In this document: in pieces, positions 33,593-46,163 of the stretch
Layout: every line of letters begins with the position of its first letter
Position numbering within the stretch: the stretch's first letter is position 1
From: Diplonema japonicum
Lineage: Eukaryota; Protista; Euglenozoa: Diplonemea
NCBI GenBank assembly: GCA_964019335.1
Contig: OZ025719.1
Coordinates: 427,450 to 491,449, forward strand
Length of the DNA: 64,000 nucleotides
Direction: 5' to 3'
The notes under the pieces: generated by a model
Seen by the model: the letters and a program-made list of their open reading frames with translations, nothing else
What the model was told of the DNA's origin: nothing
Databases searched by the model: none
Made by a program: the position numbers and the translations under genes

Positions 33593-35479
33593 ATGGCGAT
33601 GTGGGTGTTGTGGCTGCTGCTAGCTGTGGGGGCAGCCTCGGGCAACGTGTGGAGCAGTGACAGCGAAGAAACAGGAGAAGGCATCACTATCGGGATCGTG
33701 GGTGCGGGGTTAGGGGGCGCGTCCAGTGCGTACTTCCTGCGGCAAGCACTGCCTAATGCAACGATCGTAGTATTTGAAAAGGACACCATCGGCGGGAGGA
33801 TACGGAGTGTTGACTTCAGTGATGTGAAAAACATCGAAACCGGCGGCAGCACATGGCACTCCAGCCACCAGCAAATGAACGAACTCTGTGAAGCCCTCGG
33901 TATCAAGGTCACAAACCCCTTGAAGCGCACAGACGGGAGCACATCCGGTCCCTACGGTGTGTGGAACGGGAGGGATATCGTCTTCAAGCAGAGCGCTTCC
34001 GATGTTGGCATGGTGCTGAGCATGATCTGGCGGTACGGTTTGTCGCCCCTCTATTCACAGCGGCTTGTCGATGAGGTCTCTGACAAACTAGAGGAGGTCT
34101 ACTCCCTGCTCTCTAACTCCCACCCTTGGACCTCGCACGAGGATCTACTCCGACAGCTGCACTTGTACGACACTAGCCAGCAAGACCTCAGGTCGCTGCT
34201 TCGAAACAACGGCTTCAACGCCGCCTTTATGGATGAGATCGTCGAGGGTATCATCAGGAGCAACTACGGGCAGCCCCTCTCGGGGACGAACGCCCTTGCA
34301 GGGCTGCTGGCAATGAAGAGTGGTGCTGATGAGCTGTATGCTGCGAAGAACGGCAATGTGTGCATCGTGGAAGAGCTGCTCAGGCAGTCGCAGGTCGACA
34401 TCATGAATGAAACAAGAGTTGTGTCTATCCACCGCACTAACAGAGAAAACGCTTCACAGTCTGTGATCCTGAAGTACGACAAGCTGGGTGCGGAGAATAC
34501 AGCACACTTCGATGCTGTGGTGATGGCTGCACCCGCCGACCTGGCGGACATTGACATCTTTGACTCGCGCCACGTGCGGTATCAGACCAACCCCAACCAC
34601 TACGTCATCACACACGTCACGCTTGTGCTATGCAACGGCCTCAGCCCACATTACTTCAGGCTCCTGAAGTCCGAGTCCGACCCGTCTCTCCTCCTCACGA
34701 TGGAGGAGGATGTTGCTGTGTTCAGCTCCTTAGGTCTCTACAAGAAGTTGCACAGTCAGGCAGTCTACAAGATCCTAAGCAGGGAGCTGCTCACTGAAGA
34801 GCTTCTCGACAAGATGTTCATCAACAAGACAGATGTCATGCGCCACACGTGGCACGCGTATCCAGAGCTCAAGCAGCTCCAAAGCTATCCACCCCTGAAG
34901 ATCGACGAGTACATCTACTACCCAAGCGGCTTCGAACGGGTGCTGCCCCTCATGGAGGGTGTTGTGCTGTCGGCAAGGAACGTGGTGAACATGCTTCTCG
35001 GCGACGTGAAAGAGATCAAGAGAATTAAGGAAGAAGAGGAGCAGCGTGCTCCTGTACCGAGTGATGAAGAACAGGAAGAGAGTGAGGAACAAGACGAAGC
35101 CAAGAGCGAAGAAAGGTTAAAAGAAGAAAAAGGTTCAGAAGAGGGTGACAACTGGTATGAGTATATCAGCAACATTGTGACTGAGAGCTTCGAAGACGAG
35201 CAAGCAGCCGAAGGGCAGAAGAAAAAGGAAGTGAAGCAGGAAGCCAAACCTGAGCCGGCTGAGGAGACGTGGCTATCGTCTTTTTTCACAAGTAAAGATG
35301 TGAAACCCGAAGCACCGAAGCAAGAAGAGAAACAAGAACCGCCGGAAGACAAAGCAGAAGACACCTGGTTGTCTTCATTATTTTCGTCACCCGATCCTGA
35401 GCCAGCCCCTAGTTCCGAGCCAGAAGTTAAGGGAACGGGAGCTGAGTCAGAGACTGGGTCATGGTCCTGGTTCGGGTAG
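33593..35479 (+). CDS. Prenylcysteine oxidase/lyase-like flavoprotein with an acidic repeat tail
   Basis: Signal peptide; GIVGAGLGGASSAYFL...VFEK..IGGR; ETGG; WRYG..P; R.NYGQ; W.AYP; tail repeats WLSS(F/L)F. Confidence 0.88.
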   Translation: MAMWVLWLLLAVGAASGNVWSSDSEETGEGITIGIVGAGLGGASSAYFLRQALPNATIVVFEKDTIGGRIRSVDFSDVKNIETGGSTWHSSHQQMNELCEALGIKVTNPLKRTDGSTSGPYGVWNGRDIVFKQSASDVGMVLSMIWRYGLSPLYSQRLVDEVSDKLEEVYSLLSNSHPWTSHEDLLRQLHLYDTSQQDLRSLLRNNGFNAAFMDEIVEGIIRSNYGQPLSGTNALAGLLAMKSGADELYAAKNGNVCIVEELLRQSQVDIMNETRVVSIHRTNRENASQSVILKYDKLGAENTAHFDAVVMAAPADLADIDIFDSRHVRYQTNPNHYVITHVTLVLCNGLSPHYFRLLKSESDPSLLLTMEEDVAVFSSLGLYKKLHSQAVYKILSRELLTEELLDKMFINKTDVMRHTWHAYPELKQLQSYPPLKIDEYIYYPSGFERVLPLMEGVVLSARNVVNMLLGDVKEIKRIKEEEEQRAPVPSDEEQEESEEQDEAKSEERLKEEKGSEEGDNWYEYISNIVTESFEDEQAAEGQKKKEVKQEAKPEPAEETWLSSFFTSKDVKPEAPKQEEKQEPPEDKAEDTWLSSLFSSPDPEPAPSSEPEVKGTGAESETGSWSWFG

Positions 35480-35571
35480 GTAGTGTAGATCCTTGCACTT
35501 TCTTGAAGTTAGATTGTATTAAGCTCCCTTTCTCTTACTCAGCGCGCAATCCCATTACAGGGCCCGCAATT

Positions 35572-35931
35572 ATGAAGCGTATTGCAGCATTTATAATCTT
35601 CTGGATTGGCGCGCTGCATATTGCTGAGGGCATCTTTCTGGTCGCAGCGCCCGAAACGTACGCGGTGCGGCTAGGCCACGATGGGTTGATTCTGGCATAT
35701 CTATTTGGTGTGTTTAGCATGCTTCTGGGAAGTGGGTGCATTCTCTGCGCAGCGCGAAGGTGCGGAAGGTGGGTGACGTATAACAGTATTATATGGCATT
35801 TTACGTGCTCTGCAGTGTTTGCCTTCGATGTCTTCGTAGCTGCCGACTCTAGCTACAGTCGATCGTCGTACGGCTTTATGATGCTCTGCCACGCAGTTGC
35901 CGGGATGTGGGTAGTAGCTTCCTTTGTTTGA
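35572..35931 (+). CDS. Small 4-TM hypothetical protein
   Basis: Four hydrophobic segments; ATG follows an acceptor-like TACAG. Confidence 0.6.
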   Translation: MKRIAAFIIFWIGALHIAEGIFLVAAPETYAVRLGHDGLILAYLFGVFSMLLGSGCILCAARRCGRWVTYNSIIWHFTCSAVFAFDVFVAADSSYSRSSYGFMMLCHAVAGMWVVASFV

Positions 35932-36004
35932 TAGAAGCTTCCTATTATGATAACAATACCTTGTACAGTCCAGCCAGGTGATATGACATCCAACAAAACA
36001 CAAA

Positions 36005-39000
36005 ATGTCGGCATCTGCAGCGTCTGATCAAAGCACCGTGTGCTTTGGCGACCGCGTGCTCCTATCAAGCGCATTGTACTTTGGATTTCTCCATACACAC
36101 GCGCTAAAGGGAGATGGCTCTCCTCCCAAGCTGGTGGTGCACGCAAACCAGACAGTTCTCAAGCAGATCGAGGACCAAAAAGAAGGCAGGCACCCCGTGT
36201 CCAACACAGTGCTGAGCATACGGCGCCTTCCGCATATTGAACGCGCTGTGCTTGAGATTGTGAAGCCAAACCAATCCATGTCTGCGTCTCTCGTGTACGG
36301 GCAGAGGGTGAAGCTGCGGCACGTCTTCTCCGATCTGTTTTTGTCTCTCAAAACCATGCATTGGGGTACTGCTGCGGAAGAAATAAGCCTCGAGGCACGC
36401 GCTGACCAGCGATCACAGCAGCTCTTCCGTATCCTCCCGAAGTACTCCAAGATACGTGTAGAAGGGGAATGTGTACGGGACTGCGACCAGGTGATCTTCC
36501 AGCACGTTGATACCGAAAGCATCCTCACAGCCAACAGAAAGGGGGGCACCATAACCCTTACGGCTCCGAAGAGGGCTGTTCCTTTCTCGAGGGAGATGCG
36601 GCAGGAGGAAGAAATGTGGTCTTTGCACATCTTCCACAAGATTCCTTCCGTTCACCGGGGTCACAAGGTGTCTGCCGATGTACCTGAAGAACCCAAACCT
36701 ATTAAGATCGGCAGCATTGTGTCTTTGCAGCACGTTGAGTCGGATGGGTTCGTGTCCATTAAGCCCAAGAAACTTGACAAGCCAACATGGATATCTGCAC
36801 TGCCTGTGTACCTTCCCACCTGGGACGGTGCAGGGGCAAGTAACGAGGGCATGTGCTTCGTTGAGAAAAAAAGTGACCCATCGCAGGAGTTCTCATCGTA
36901 CGCGTCACTGTGGGTGATTGAAGGCGCTGATGTGCACAAGGGGGGTCTCGTGACACTGCACAAACAGCACAGCAAAGACCCTGCTTATTACTTCAGGCTG
37001 CGGCACCTGCAGACGGGAAAATACTTGGCAACGGAAGAGCGCAATGGCCGGACAATCCTGACGAGTGTTGTTTACAACAAGAACCAGGTAATAAGGTTCC
37101 TGCCAGACTCGCGGTACGGGGACTGCGGGAACTCCGTGATCGGCGGGCACACGTTGGTCAGAGTGGTGTTCGACTCGCCGAAGAAGTTGTTCATGCACGT
37201 GAGGAAGAATAACGAAGTGACCCTGTCGGATGTAATGATCTACGACGACCTGTTTGTGGTGCGGCCTGTGAGCAAGTGCGGATACTACTATGGGGATACT
37301 GCAGCAGCTTCCGATGCGTTGAGGCGATTCACTAGCATTTCACCCCGCAAAGTGGTCATGGCCATTGAGGAAGGTGAAGAAGTGGAAGACTACGTCTCAG
37401 AATGGTGCAATGTTTTAAAGAGTGTTAAGGAGCGCAGCCAAGATAGCATCATCGCAGCTAACGAGGTAGCTAGCAAAGAAAACGAGCCAAGCAAGGAGAG
37501 CGAGCTGTTGCACCGACAAAGCTTACTACTTGACAACCAGTTACATATTTTGTGTTTTGTGTCCCTATTGTGGTGTAGGAATGTCATGTTGACACTTTCT
37601 GGCATCGACGAGTACGGGTTGGGCCATAGTACTAGCTTCGTCTCACGGCTGGTTGACATCCGAACGTATTGTTATCAGCTACTTACTCAGTTGTGTCACA
37701 AACCACGACACGCAAAGCTGCAAGGCCCAGCACCAGCGGCTCTTGCCCCGTGGCTGCCTTTCGTTTGCTTCCTTGTTGGCGATGACAAGCCAAATAGCTC
37801 AGATAATTCACAAGGCCTGCGGCTCATGATGGAAATCCTCAGGGACCAACCTGAAGTAGTCCGTTCAATAAGTGTTCAAGATGCGCGGGTTAGCTTAGAG
37901 AACCTCTTGCCATGCACAGAAGAAGGGGAGTCAATGCCGTTTCATGACACGAGGAGGATTGCTCTTTTAACATGTCTGTGTGTGTGCAAAGGCGAGAGTG
38001 TGCAGCACCATCAAGAGTTCATCTGCAATATGCTACAGCGCTCGGCCGACGCTTTGCTGTACCGCACCCGGTGGTGCAACGGGAAAATACAAGTCCACAA
38101 ACCCAGCTTCGGTACCAGTCATTGGACAAACTTGTCGGTGTTCATGACTCGTGAGGACGAGGACGAGGTGGCTTATTTTGCATCAACCAGGGAGTTGTTG
38201 TTTTCACTTGCCTATAAAAACCAAGACTGCGCCTCATTTGTCAGAGAGTGCGTGGGCATAAGTGAAGCTTTAGAAGGAGTAGTGCTTCCTGAGAGTAGCT
38301 GCGACTATGAATCCGAAGGAACAGATACAGACTCAGAGGCTTTCGGGTGTTTTGAGAGGCAGAAGTACCCAAAGCACATGTATCTTGACCCCTTGCGCGC
38401 TGCGTACGTTCGACTTGTGCGTGCTGCCTACATCGATGACATGCGAGCCCCACCTAGGTATAATGCAAGGAGCACTGTACTCGCCACCGGCAGCGTCACG
38501 GGCATGTATAAGAAAAGCAAAACGAGACCTGAAGAAAAGACACCAGAAGTAATTGCATGCCTGTCTGAATTGCTCTCAGGTGTTCCACTGCTGCGCTGCA
38601 TGGCTGGTTCGGCACTTTCTTCTGTCGTAGGCAAACTGTCTTTGGAAGCTATTCCTATGCAATTTGTGAAAGGTACCTACGTAGCTGGTATGCCGGACGA
38701 TGAAGACCTGTGGATAGTGACGCATGGCGAGATTGTGCAATATAAGAATAGCAAAAAGGATAACACGCGCATTACTGCACCTGTGGTGCTTGGCCAGCAG
38801 AATCTCATAAAGGACATCAGTAAGCAGGATGAAAAATACCTCGCTACCAGTGACATCAGGGGCTATCAAATCAGCACATCTGCCGTGTTTGCAGCCCTGC
38901 GGGCCTGTGTCCATGATATAGAAGAAACAGACGAGATGATGCCATTTTTCAATCTCGAGTCCGACCCGATGTGTGATGAGGCTTGGCCGTGGCAGCGTCT

Positions 39001-42000
39001 TGTGCTTATTAAAGGTTTAATGACGGCACTTGAACGTTTTCTGACCGAAAACAAGGAGTTGGATACAAAGGACACTGCGCGGAACGTGCTGCTGACGGAG
39101 TGGCTGCAGCTGCTGACAAGCTTCATCGATCTTGGGTTGTACACATCTGTAGAGGAGCGATCAAGGCTGGCGGGCTTGCTCCCGCTGCTGTCGTGCATCC
39201 TCGACCTGTCTACCGATGTGTCGGGCTCACTAAACGACACGACTACAGCATACACTTTCCCGCACCCCCTTGCGGACAATGATGCATCGCAGGATTTTAA
39301 CGAATCCTTCCGCAGCCCCCTTGGGACTGCAAGCCTGCGAAGCCTGTCTATCTCGAAAAGTAGCATTGATCCTTTCCAATTAAAAGGAAAGTGGTCGTTG
39401 GTGCGCAACCGAATCCTCAGCGCTCCTCAGGTGGGTGGTGCACCTGTAGCCTCTCCAAGGTCGCCCCGTGGGATGGGATCACCACGTGCAAGTGTTAGTG
39501 TCATGTCGTCTGTCCGATCGGCTAGAGCACACAGTCTCGGTTCCCCAAGGGCTGGCGGCCCAAGCTTCACGTCTCCCAAAGCTGATTTCCAGTCGCAAGA
39601 AATGCTCTCTGTTGAGCATGCTATTGTGACACGAGTGAAATTACAAGTGTGTCGCATATTTGTAAAGCTTTTGAAAAACAAGGACAACTTTGTGATGAAC
39701 TCTTTAGATTCTGAAGACGATGCAAAGCTAGTCCAGAAGTTGAAGGACATACTCTTAAATGTGATGAAGATAAAGGGATCGAGAGAGCTGTTCGTGACAG
39801 CCTTCAGGGTATACTTGATGATCAACAAGATCAGCACAGAAGAAGACATCCCTCAAGGGTTAGTGCACCACCTTCGCGAGGATCTTGTGAACACCAACTA
39901 TTGGTGCATATTGCGGAAGGAAGTGAAAGAAGGTGACGCAGAGGACGGTGACGACTCCCTGCTGTCGCGGATAGTGAGGCACTGCACGACTTTCAGCCAT
40001 GTCAGCGAACCAGGATGCCCTGTTCCGAGGGAGGAGGAGAATGAGATCATCATTGCAGCCCTGCAGTGCTTGCAGAGCGTGTTAATGACAGAGGCAGACA
40101 CGGACAGATACGGAACGTTGAGCGAGCGGCAGAACGTGCTAAACGACCTAGGCGCCATAGAGATCATTATCAACACTGTCGACTCCTCTGCACGTACGGA
40201 TCAGCAGGAGGAGGTCGTGAAGTGGGGACTTGACCTTGCTATTTCGTTGCTGGAGGGCGGCAACAACGTACTGCAAGATGGGTTGAAGCACTACTTCTTC
40301 TCGAGAAGTGACGAGACGCTATTCTTAGTCCTGCGAGACAGGATCACCAAAGCTACATCCACGATCGAAAAGAGGGTCGACGCTGTGGAGTGTGGCGCAT
40401 TGAGCACAGCAGCATGCCCACTGTCGCCTTCTTTCCAGGGACCACTCTTCCACATCGAAGAGACAATGCGCTTTTTGCAATTGTGTTGCGAGGGCCATAA
40501 CACCGCACTGCAGAACTACTTCCGCATCCAAGAAGACAACGTTCAGTCGCATGACCTCGTGAGCGAGACGCTCAAGTTCCTCAAAGCGTTGTACTCGATA
40601 GCAACTGTACGTGCAGAGATGTCAGAGTTCCTATTGAAAGTAGGGATCCAGACATGGAGGACGCTGGCAGAATTTTGTCAGGGCCCAGTGCGTGCGAACC
40701 AAGCAACACTGATCGAAGGAGGTCTCGGTGATGATGTCAACAACATGTTCAAGCTGCAGTTAGACGACGAGGGCGGGCTCGTCACCGAATCCAAGAACGA
40801 GGCTGTTGTGTGCATGCTGTCAGTTCTTGAAGGTTGCACGAGACCGCATGAGCCCCTTGTGTTGCGCGAGGCACTTGAAACAGAGCTTCTTCTGAGTAGT
40901 TTGGAAGAAATCAACGAAGAATCACGTGAAGATGTGGAACTGGGATTCAACGTGTACCTGCTGTTGGACCTCCTGAGCGACTATGATAAGTACGGCACCT
41001 TGGGGTTGGGAGAGCAGCTTGATCCTGCGAACCACAGCAACGAGAAGCTAGCGGAAGCACTGGTGTTTTACAAGCTGAGAACAGCTCATGTGGAGATTAT
41101 GAGAGAGTCAGGAATAGAGAGCGTGTACTTCAGAAAGCCATCTATAGCTCTGCTGCTGTCGAGACGCTCGAGGAAGCAAGTCATGGAGCACGTGTGCTGG
41201 GACACCAGGCAGTCAAGGCTCGTTGATTTCTTCGACAGTGTCGAGTTGACTATGTACCATCTGAGCCTTATAGGCAGGACTGAGCAGGACGAGAGGCTAT
41301 GGCTGCACAACACCGTCCACAAGTGGTCTACCTCTATCAGATGGAGCGGGCATGCGCTTGTTTTCTTGTGCAATATGCTCCTCTTGTTTGATGGGTCACG
41401 TAGTGCCAACGGCCAGAACAGCTTTATAAGTTATGCTCTCATGCTTCTAACCTTTGCTTTGTTGGTGCTTAATTTCGTTAGCTTTCTTGAGTTTGCATGG
41501 CTTGACGGTCCTGTTCTGACTTTTGCGAAGGATAGAAAAAAGAAGCGCCAAGCTGGGAAGTACTCTGTTGCTGATTATGTGAACATGAGCCCGTCCATCG
41601 ACTCTGTCGGGCCCGTCGATAACTGGCGCAATGTCGACACTTCGCTGGCGTCGGTCATCAGAGTGTGCTGGAGGCAGCCGACGTTCTTGCGATTGCTACT
41701 CGGAATGGTGGCGTGCACGTTGGCAATGTTGGCGACGCCTTTCTTTTTAAGCATTCTGCTGCTGCCTCTTGTGACAGAGTCGCCTGTCATCAGGCACGTC
41801 TTCCGTGCTGTGACGAAGAATGGAAAGAGCCTCCTTTTGACAATGGTGTTTGGCATCACACTGATGTACCTTTTTGCTGTTGTGGGCTTCTTGCTATTCC
41901 AGGACATGTTCGACAACAAGGATGCCTGCTCGTCGATGCTGAGCTGCTTTGTGTTTATTGTCAACTATGGGCTCCGCTCTGGCGGTGGTGTGGGAGAGCT

Positions 42001-43976
42001 CATCACGCCCCCCGGGTGGGGTTCGTCTCTTTATGGAGTGCGTGTATCGTACGACATGATGTTCTACATCATCATCAATGTGATCCTCATGAATATGGTC
42101 TTCGGTATTATCGTCGATACTTTCGGCGAGCTGAGGCAGCAGAGGGAAAAGAAGGAGCTCGAAATGCGTACCAGCTGCTTCATATGTGATGTTCCTTATT
42201 CAGAGTTTGACAAGCGGGCCGACGGCTTCGCCAACCACATAAGGCGCGACCATAACATGTGGGATTATATGTTCTTTGTTGGATATCTGGCATCGAAGAC
42301 ACGTGAGGACTTCACAGGACAAGAATCGTACGTTTTCAACTGCTTGATAAAGAATGACTTCAAGTTTGTTCCTTTGAAAACAGCACTTATGTTGGAGCAG
42401 ACAAAGAAAGAAGTCCCCGACGCAGTACTGACTGAAAGCAGACACGACGTCTTCAGCAACAGCAAAGATGAGTTGGAGCTTCTTGGGGACAAGCTGGACA
42501 CACTTGAACAAAAGGTTGCATCGCAATGCAAAACCCTTGAGGACAATATCAACAACCTGGCAAGGGAGGTTAGAGTAGGCATGGAAAAGCGTAGTCCGGG
42601 CATGCAAGAGCTGGGCCTGCCTAGGGCCGACACGCAGACTATGTATGAAACAGGAGGAAGGTCTTCTTTCATAGAGGAACCAAGCAGTATAAGTATTCAC
42701 TCACGGAGGCCGCCGAAGGTAAGTAGACCGCTTAGTAGCCCTACTGTGGTATGTATCTTCTGTTTATCTTACCCATCACAGCCCCCCGACTCCGCGGACT
42801 TTGGCAATACAGCGATATTTGGTGACAATATGTCTTTCCTGAACCCTGTTCACTCCCATTGCAACGCCTCCTTTGGCAGTTTCCCTAGAGGCGAGTATGT
42901 CCACTCAGAGATTTAAATCAAGTTTTTTTTTAGTTTGCTGGCGTCCGAGAGCCCTACTTCCCCCAACCGACCAAAACCTGCCGAGCCCTCCATGTTGTGT
43001 GAGGCTTGTGCTATCTGTGCTTTGGCGGGGTGCTTGCTGGTTCCCAGTATTAGAACCAAAAAGCATGACCCCGTGGACTCCTTTCCAGACCACCCTCAGG
43101 TGATCGTGCAGTCACCGTCAATGCCGAATTCTGCCGGGGTATGCCTGAAATACGAACGAGAATTTCACCTCACAGAGTACACCCGCCGATGTCCTTTTGC
43201 CTGCAAGAATGAAACCCAGCATACCACTGCTTCCGCTGCCTACCCTGTGCTCCTCGCCTGGCATGGGGCTTAATGATTCAGGCTCTAATGTGCTAAGCAT
43301 CCAGATACCTGATGAGACACGTGTCCCAGAAGCCATCAATATTCCCGGTGCAAGCAGCCCTCAGGAATCGTTCGATGAGCCAGAATTAGAAGTACCCAGT
43401 CCAGAGGAGCCGTCTTTGTCACAGGAGCTCAGTGTGAAAGATCTCGATGCCTCTTGTGGATCGGAGCAGAGCAGAAACAGCCTTTCTCCAAGGTCGGAAA
43501 CGCACACAGCACTTAACTCTATGAAATATAAGTTATGCGACAGTGTGGCAAAGAAGGCACAGAACATCAAGACTATCGAAGCAGAAAAAGAAGAGATAGA
43601 AGGGAAGGTGGACAGTATCCTAGAGCAGTTCAGAAGTCTAAGGAACAGACAGCTTCCACTTCAGCAACCTCCAGCGCCCTCTCATCGGGCATCTAGACCA
43701 GTCTCGTTCAGACACTCAAACAACTCGTCAATACCTCTACCCCGCCTAACCGCTAGTCCGCACAGCTTAGATTTCACGCCCCAAACCCTGTCATCCCACA
43801 AAGTAGCTGCTCGGCAGCACGTGTCACCCAGGACTCCCTATTCTCCGTACGCATCTCGCGAATCCCCCTCTGCTTCGGTTATTCCTGTGTCCTCCGCTCC
43901 TTCCACAGGACTTCTTAATGGGCGCCTTAAAAGCATCGACAAAGCAAGGTTGAGGACAACTAGAATTCAATCTTAA
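36005..43976 (+). CDS. ITPR: Inositol 1,4,5-trisphosphate/ryanodine receptor family Ca2+ channel with an internal cNMP-homology domain (4 exons)
   Basis: MIR-type FRLRHLQTGKYL; RIH-associated FLQLCCEGHN..LQNY and TLAEFCQGP; pore GLRSGGGVGE; FGIIVDTFGELR; CFIC..H....HNMW.Y. Introns 42749-42781, 42895-42933 and 43139-43175 extend the ORF to 43976. Confidence 0.93.
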
Positions 43977-44088
43977 ACACTGTTCCGTTTCTAGTGTCTG
44001 TAGCATGTTGTGTTTGTATTTTAATCTTTTAAAAGCTCAAACCTAGTCTCACCTAACAGCCCGTCACAGGTTACCCTTACACAATAAA

Positions 44089-44286
44089 ATGGGAAACACT
44101 CAGATAGGTGTCTCAGTTCCTGCGTACCAGGTGAAGGAGATTAGCACCATCAGGGGTGCACCTATTCGAGTATGCTATTTACCCGCATAGTATTACCATC
44201 AGGAGCTCCGATACAAGAGAGGTGGTACTGAAGGATCAGTGGCGACAAAGAAAGTTCGAAAGGTGCAAGTGCTCGTTCATAGATAA
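44089..44286 (+). CDS. Spliced 54-aa basic microprotein (absent from ORF track)
   Basis: ATG 44089; intron 44170-44202 (GTATGC...CATCAG, contains an in-frame stop); TAA 44284-44286. Product MGNTQIGVSVPAYQVKEISTIRGAPIRELRYKRGGTEGSVATKKVRKVQVLVHR. Confidence 0.55.
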
Positions 44287-44350
44287 GTAATACAATTAAG
44301 TGATGGTGGTTTTCCTGCACACATTCATTTGTTTACTCACTACAGTTAAA

Positions 44351-45811
44351 ATGCGCGTTTTATCTGCGGTTGCCGCCGCCATGATGTGCACCTCTGCCAT
44401 GGGTGCCATCGCGGCTGACGAGGTCGATCAAGTTCCCGGGTTCCAGAAGACGAATTTCAAGGTGTACTCTGGGTACCTCACTGTGAAGGGGCCGTTCGTG
44501 CAGAACCCGTACGACGAGCTCCGCATCCACTACCAACTGGACACGTCGCAGAGGACTGAGAAGGATCCTGTTGTGACCTGGCACCAGGGCGGCCCTGGCG
44601 GGTCCTCTATGTACGGTGGCTACACTGAGATGGGCTACTTCCAGCTGTCTTCCAACGGTTCTTTCACCAACCCCCACGCTTGGAACAAGAGGGCGCACAT
44701 GCTGTACCTCGAGTCCCCTGCCGGGTCATCTGACCCAATCGGTTTCTCTTATTGCATGAAGGACGGAAAAGTGCAGTCTGCCTGCCACTGGAACGACACC
44801 TCGCAGGCCGAGGCATACGCCCGTACCCTGGAGACCTTCTTCGCGTCATTCCCTGAGTACAAAGATAACCACCTTTATCTCTCGGGTGAGTCGTACGCCG
44901 GGCAGTACGTCCCCAACATTGCCACCTACATCACGGAGCACAAGGCTAACCTTGCCATCCCACATCTTCAGGGTATCCTTGTCGGGAACGGCTGCTGGGG
45001 TGGTGATGCCACCCGTGTGAGGTGCAACGGTCCTCATGCCGAAAGGAACGACGTTGACCTGTACTACGGAAAGGGGATGATGTCAAAGAAGCTTAGAGAC
45101 AACATCTACAAGTCGTGCGGTTACGAAATCCCCCACATCCCCGAGCCTGAGAGGTGTGCCAAGTACTACGGGGACATGGAGGAGGCCGTGGGCCCCCACA
45201 ACGTCTACAACGTGTACGACAACTGCCCAGACTCTGCCCTGTGGAGCGAGAAGTCGGGCAAGTCTCTGACGTGGCTGCGTAACTACCTCAGAGAGAACCT
45301 TAACAACCCTGAGGCTCATCAGTACGCCTTGAACCTTGGTGGTGGTTACGACTGGTCGTGCGGTGGTATGTCTTCTGTGAAGAACTTCTTCAAGAGGAGC
45401 GATGTGCAGGCTGCCATGCACTTGGAGAAGCCCGAGCAGTCTCGTTTCGAGTACACGCAGAGCGGTCCGGCCTCCGTGACCCTGTACCCCATGCTCGCCA
45501 AGAACATGAGAGTCCTCATCTACAATGGTGACGCTGACAGCTGCGTGCCGTACATCGGCAATGAGGAGTGGACGACGGACCTCGCTGAGCAGGGCGTCTT
45601 GTCCGAGATTGCCCCGTGGCACCCGTGGTACCTTACGTTGGGCTCCGTGCTCGCCACCCCCACCGGTTATGCTACCAGGTACAACGTCACAGGTGCTCCT
45701 CACGACTTCACCTTCATCACGGTGCGTCTTGCTGGCCACATGGTCCCTAACTTCCAGCCGGGTCCCGCCTACGCCTTCTTCGACCGTTTCCTTGACCACA
45801 TTCCCTTCTAA
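44351..45811 (+). CDS. Serine carboxypeptidase, family S10
   Basis: Signal peptide; YSGYL, WHQGGPGGSS, LYLESPAG, GESYAGQY, YNGDAD, AGHMVP. Confidence 0.95.
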   Translation: MRVLSAVAAAMMCTSAMGAIAADEVDQVPGFQKTNFKVYSGYLTVKGPFVQNPYDELRIHYQLDTSQRTEKDPVVTWHQGGPGGSSMYGGYTEMGYFQLSSNGSFTNPHAWNKRAHMLYLESPAGSSDPIGFSYCMKDGKVQSACHWNDTSQAEAYARTLETFFASFPEYKDNHLYLSGESYAGQYVPNIATYITEHKANLAIPHLQGILVGNGCWGGDATRVRCNGPHAERNDVDLYYGKGMMSKKLRDNIYKSCGYEIPHIPEPERCAKYYGDMEEAVGPHNVYNVYDNCPDSALWSEKSGKSLTWLRNYLRENLNNPEAHQYALNLGGGYDWSCGGMSSVKNFFKRSDVQAAMHLEKPEQSRFEYTQSGPASVTLYPMLAKNMRVLIYNGDADSCVPYIGNEEWTTDLAEQGVLSEIAPWHPWYLTLGSVLATPTGYATRYNVTGAPHDFTFITVRLAGHMVPNFQPGPAYAFFDRFLDHIPF

Positions 45812-46163
45812 GCATGCTGGTACCTCGGGTTGCGTGTGAGTGTAGTGTTCATATTCTGTGTTTTTAGCCCGACTTTAAACGTTTTCAGTAGGTTGCTATG
45901 CTGCCGCTGACTGTTAGCCCCACCCCATTTTTTTCTTTTGGAACAGAAGGTAGTAAAATTCTACCGTTCCGGTGTTATTTGCCCCAAGATGCTTACGAGT
46001 CTCGAGCGAGCTCAGGCTGATGCAACATGCATCACAATGCAGCTTGTTCAGAGCTTTCGCCAACATGTGGCCGCATAATAACACCTTTTGGGATTTTAGG
46101 GTTTTTTTTAAATGTTTTATTCTATTCATACAAAAGATACAACTATTTTGCAGCTCTTCTAAT

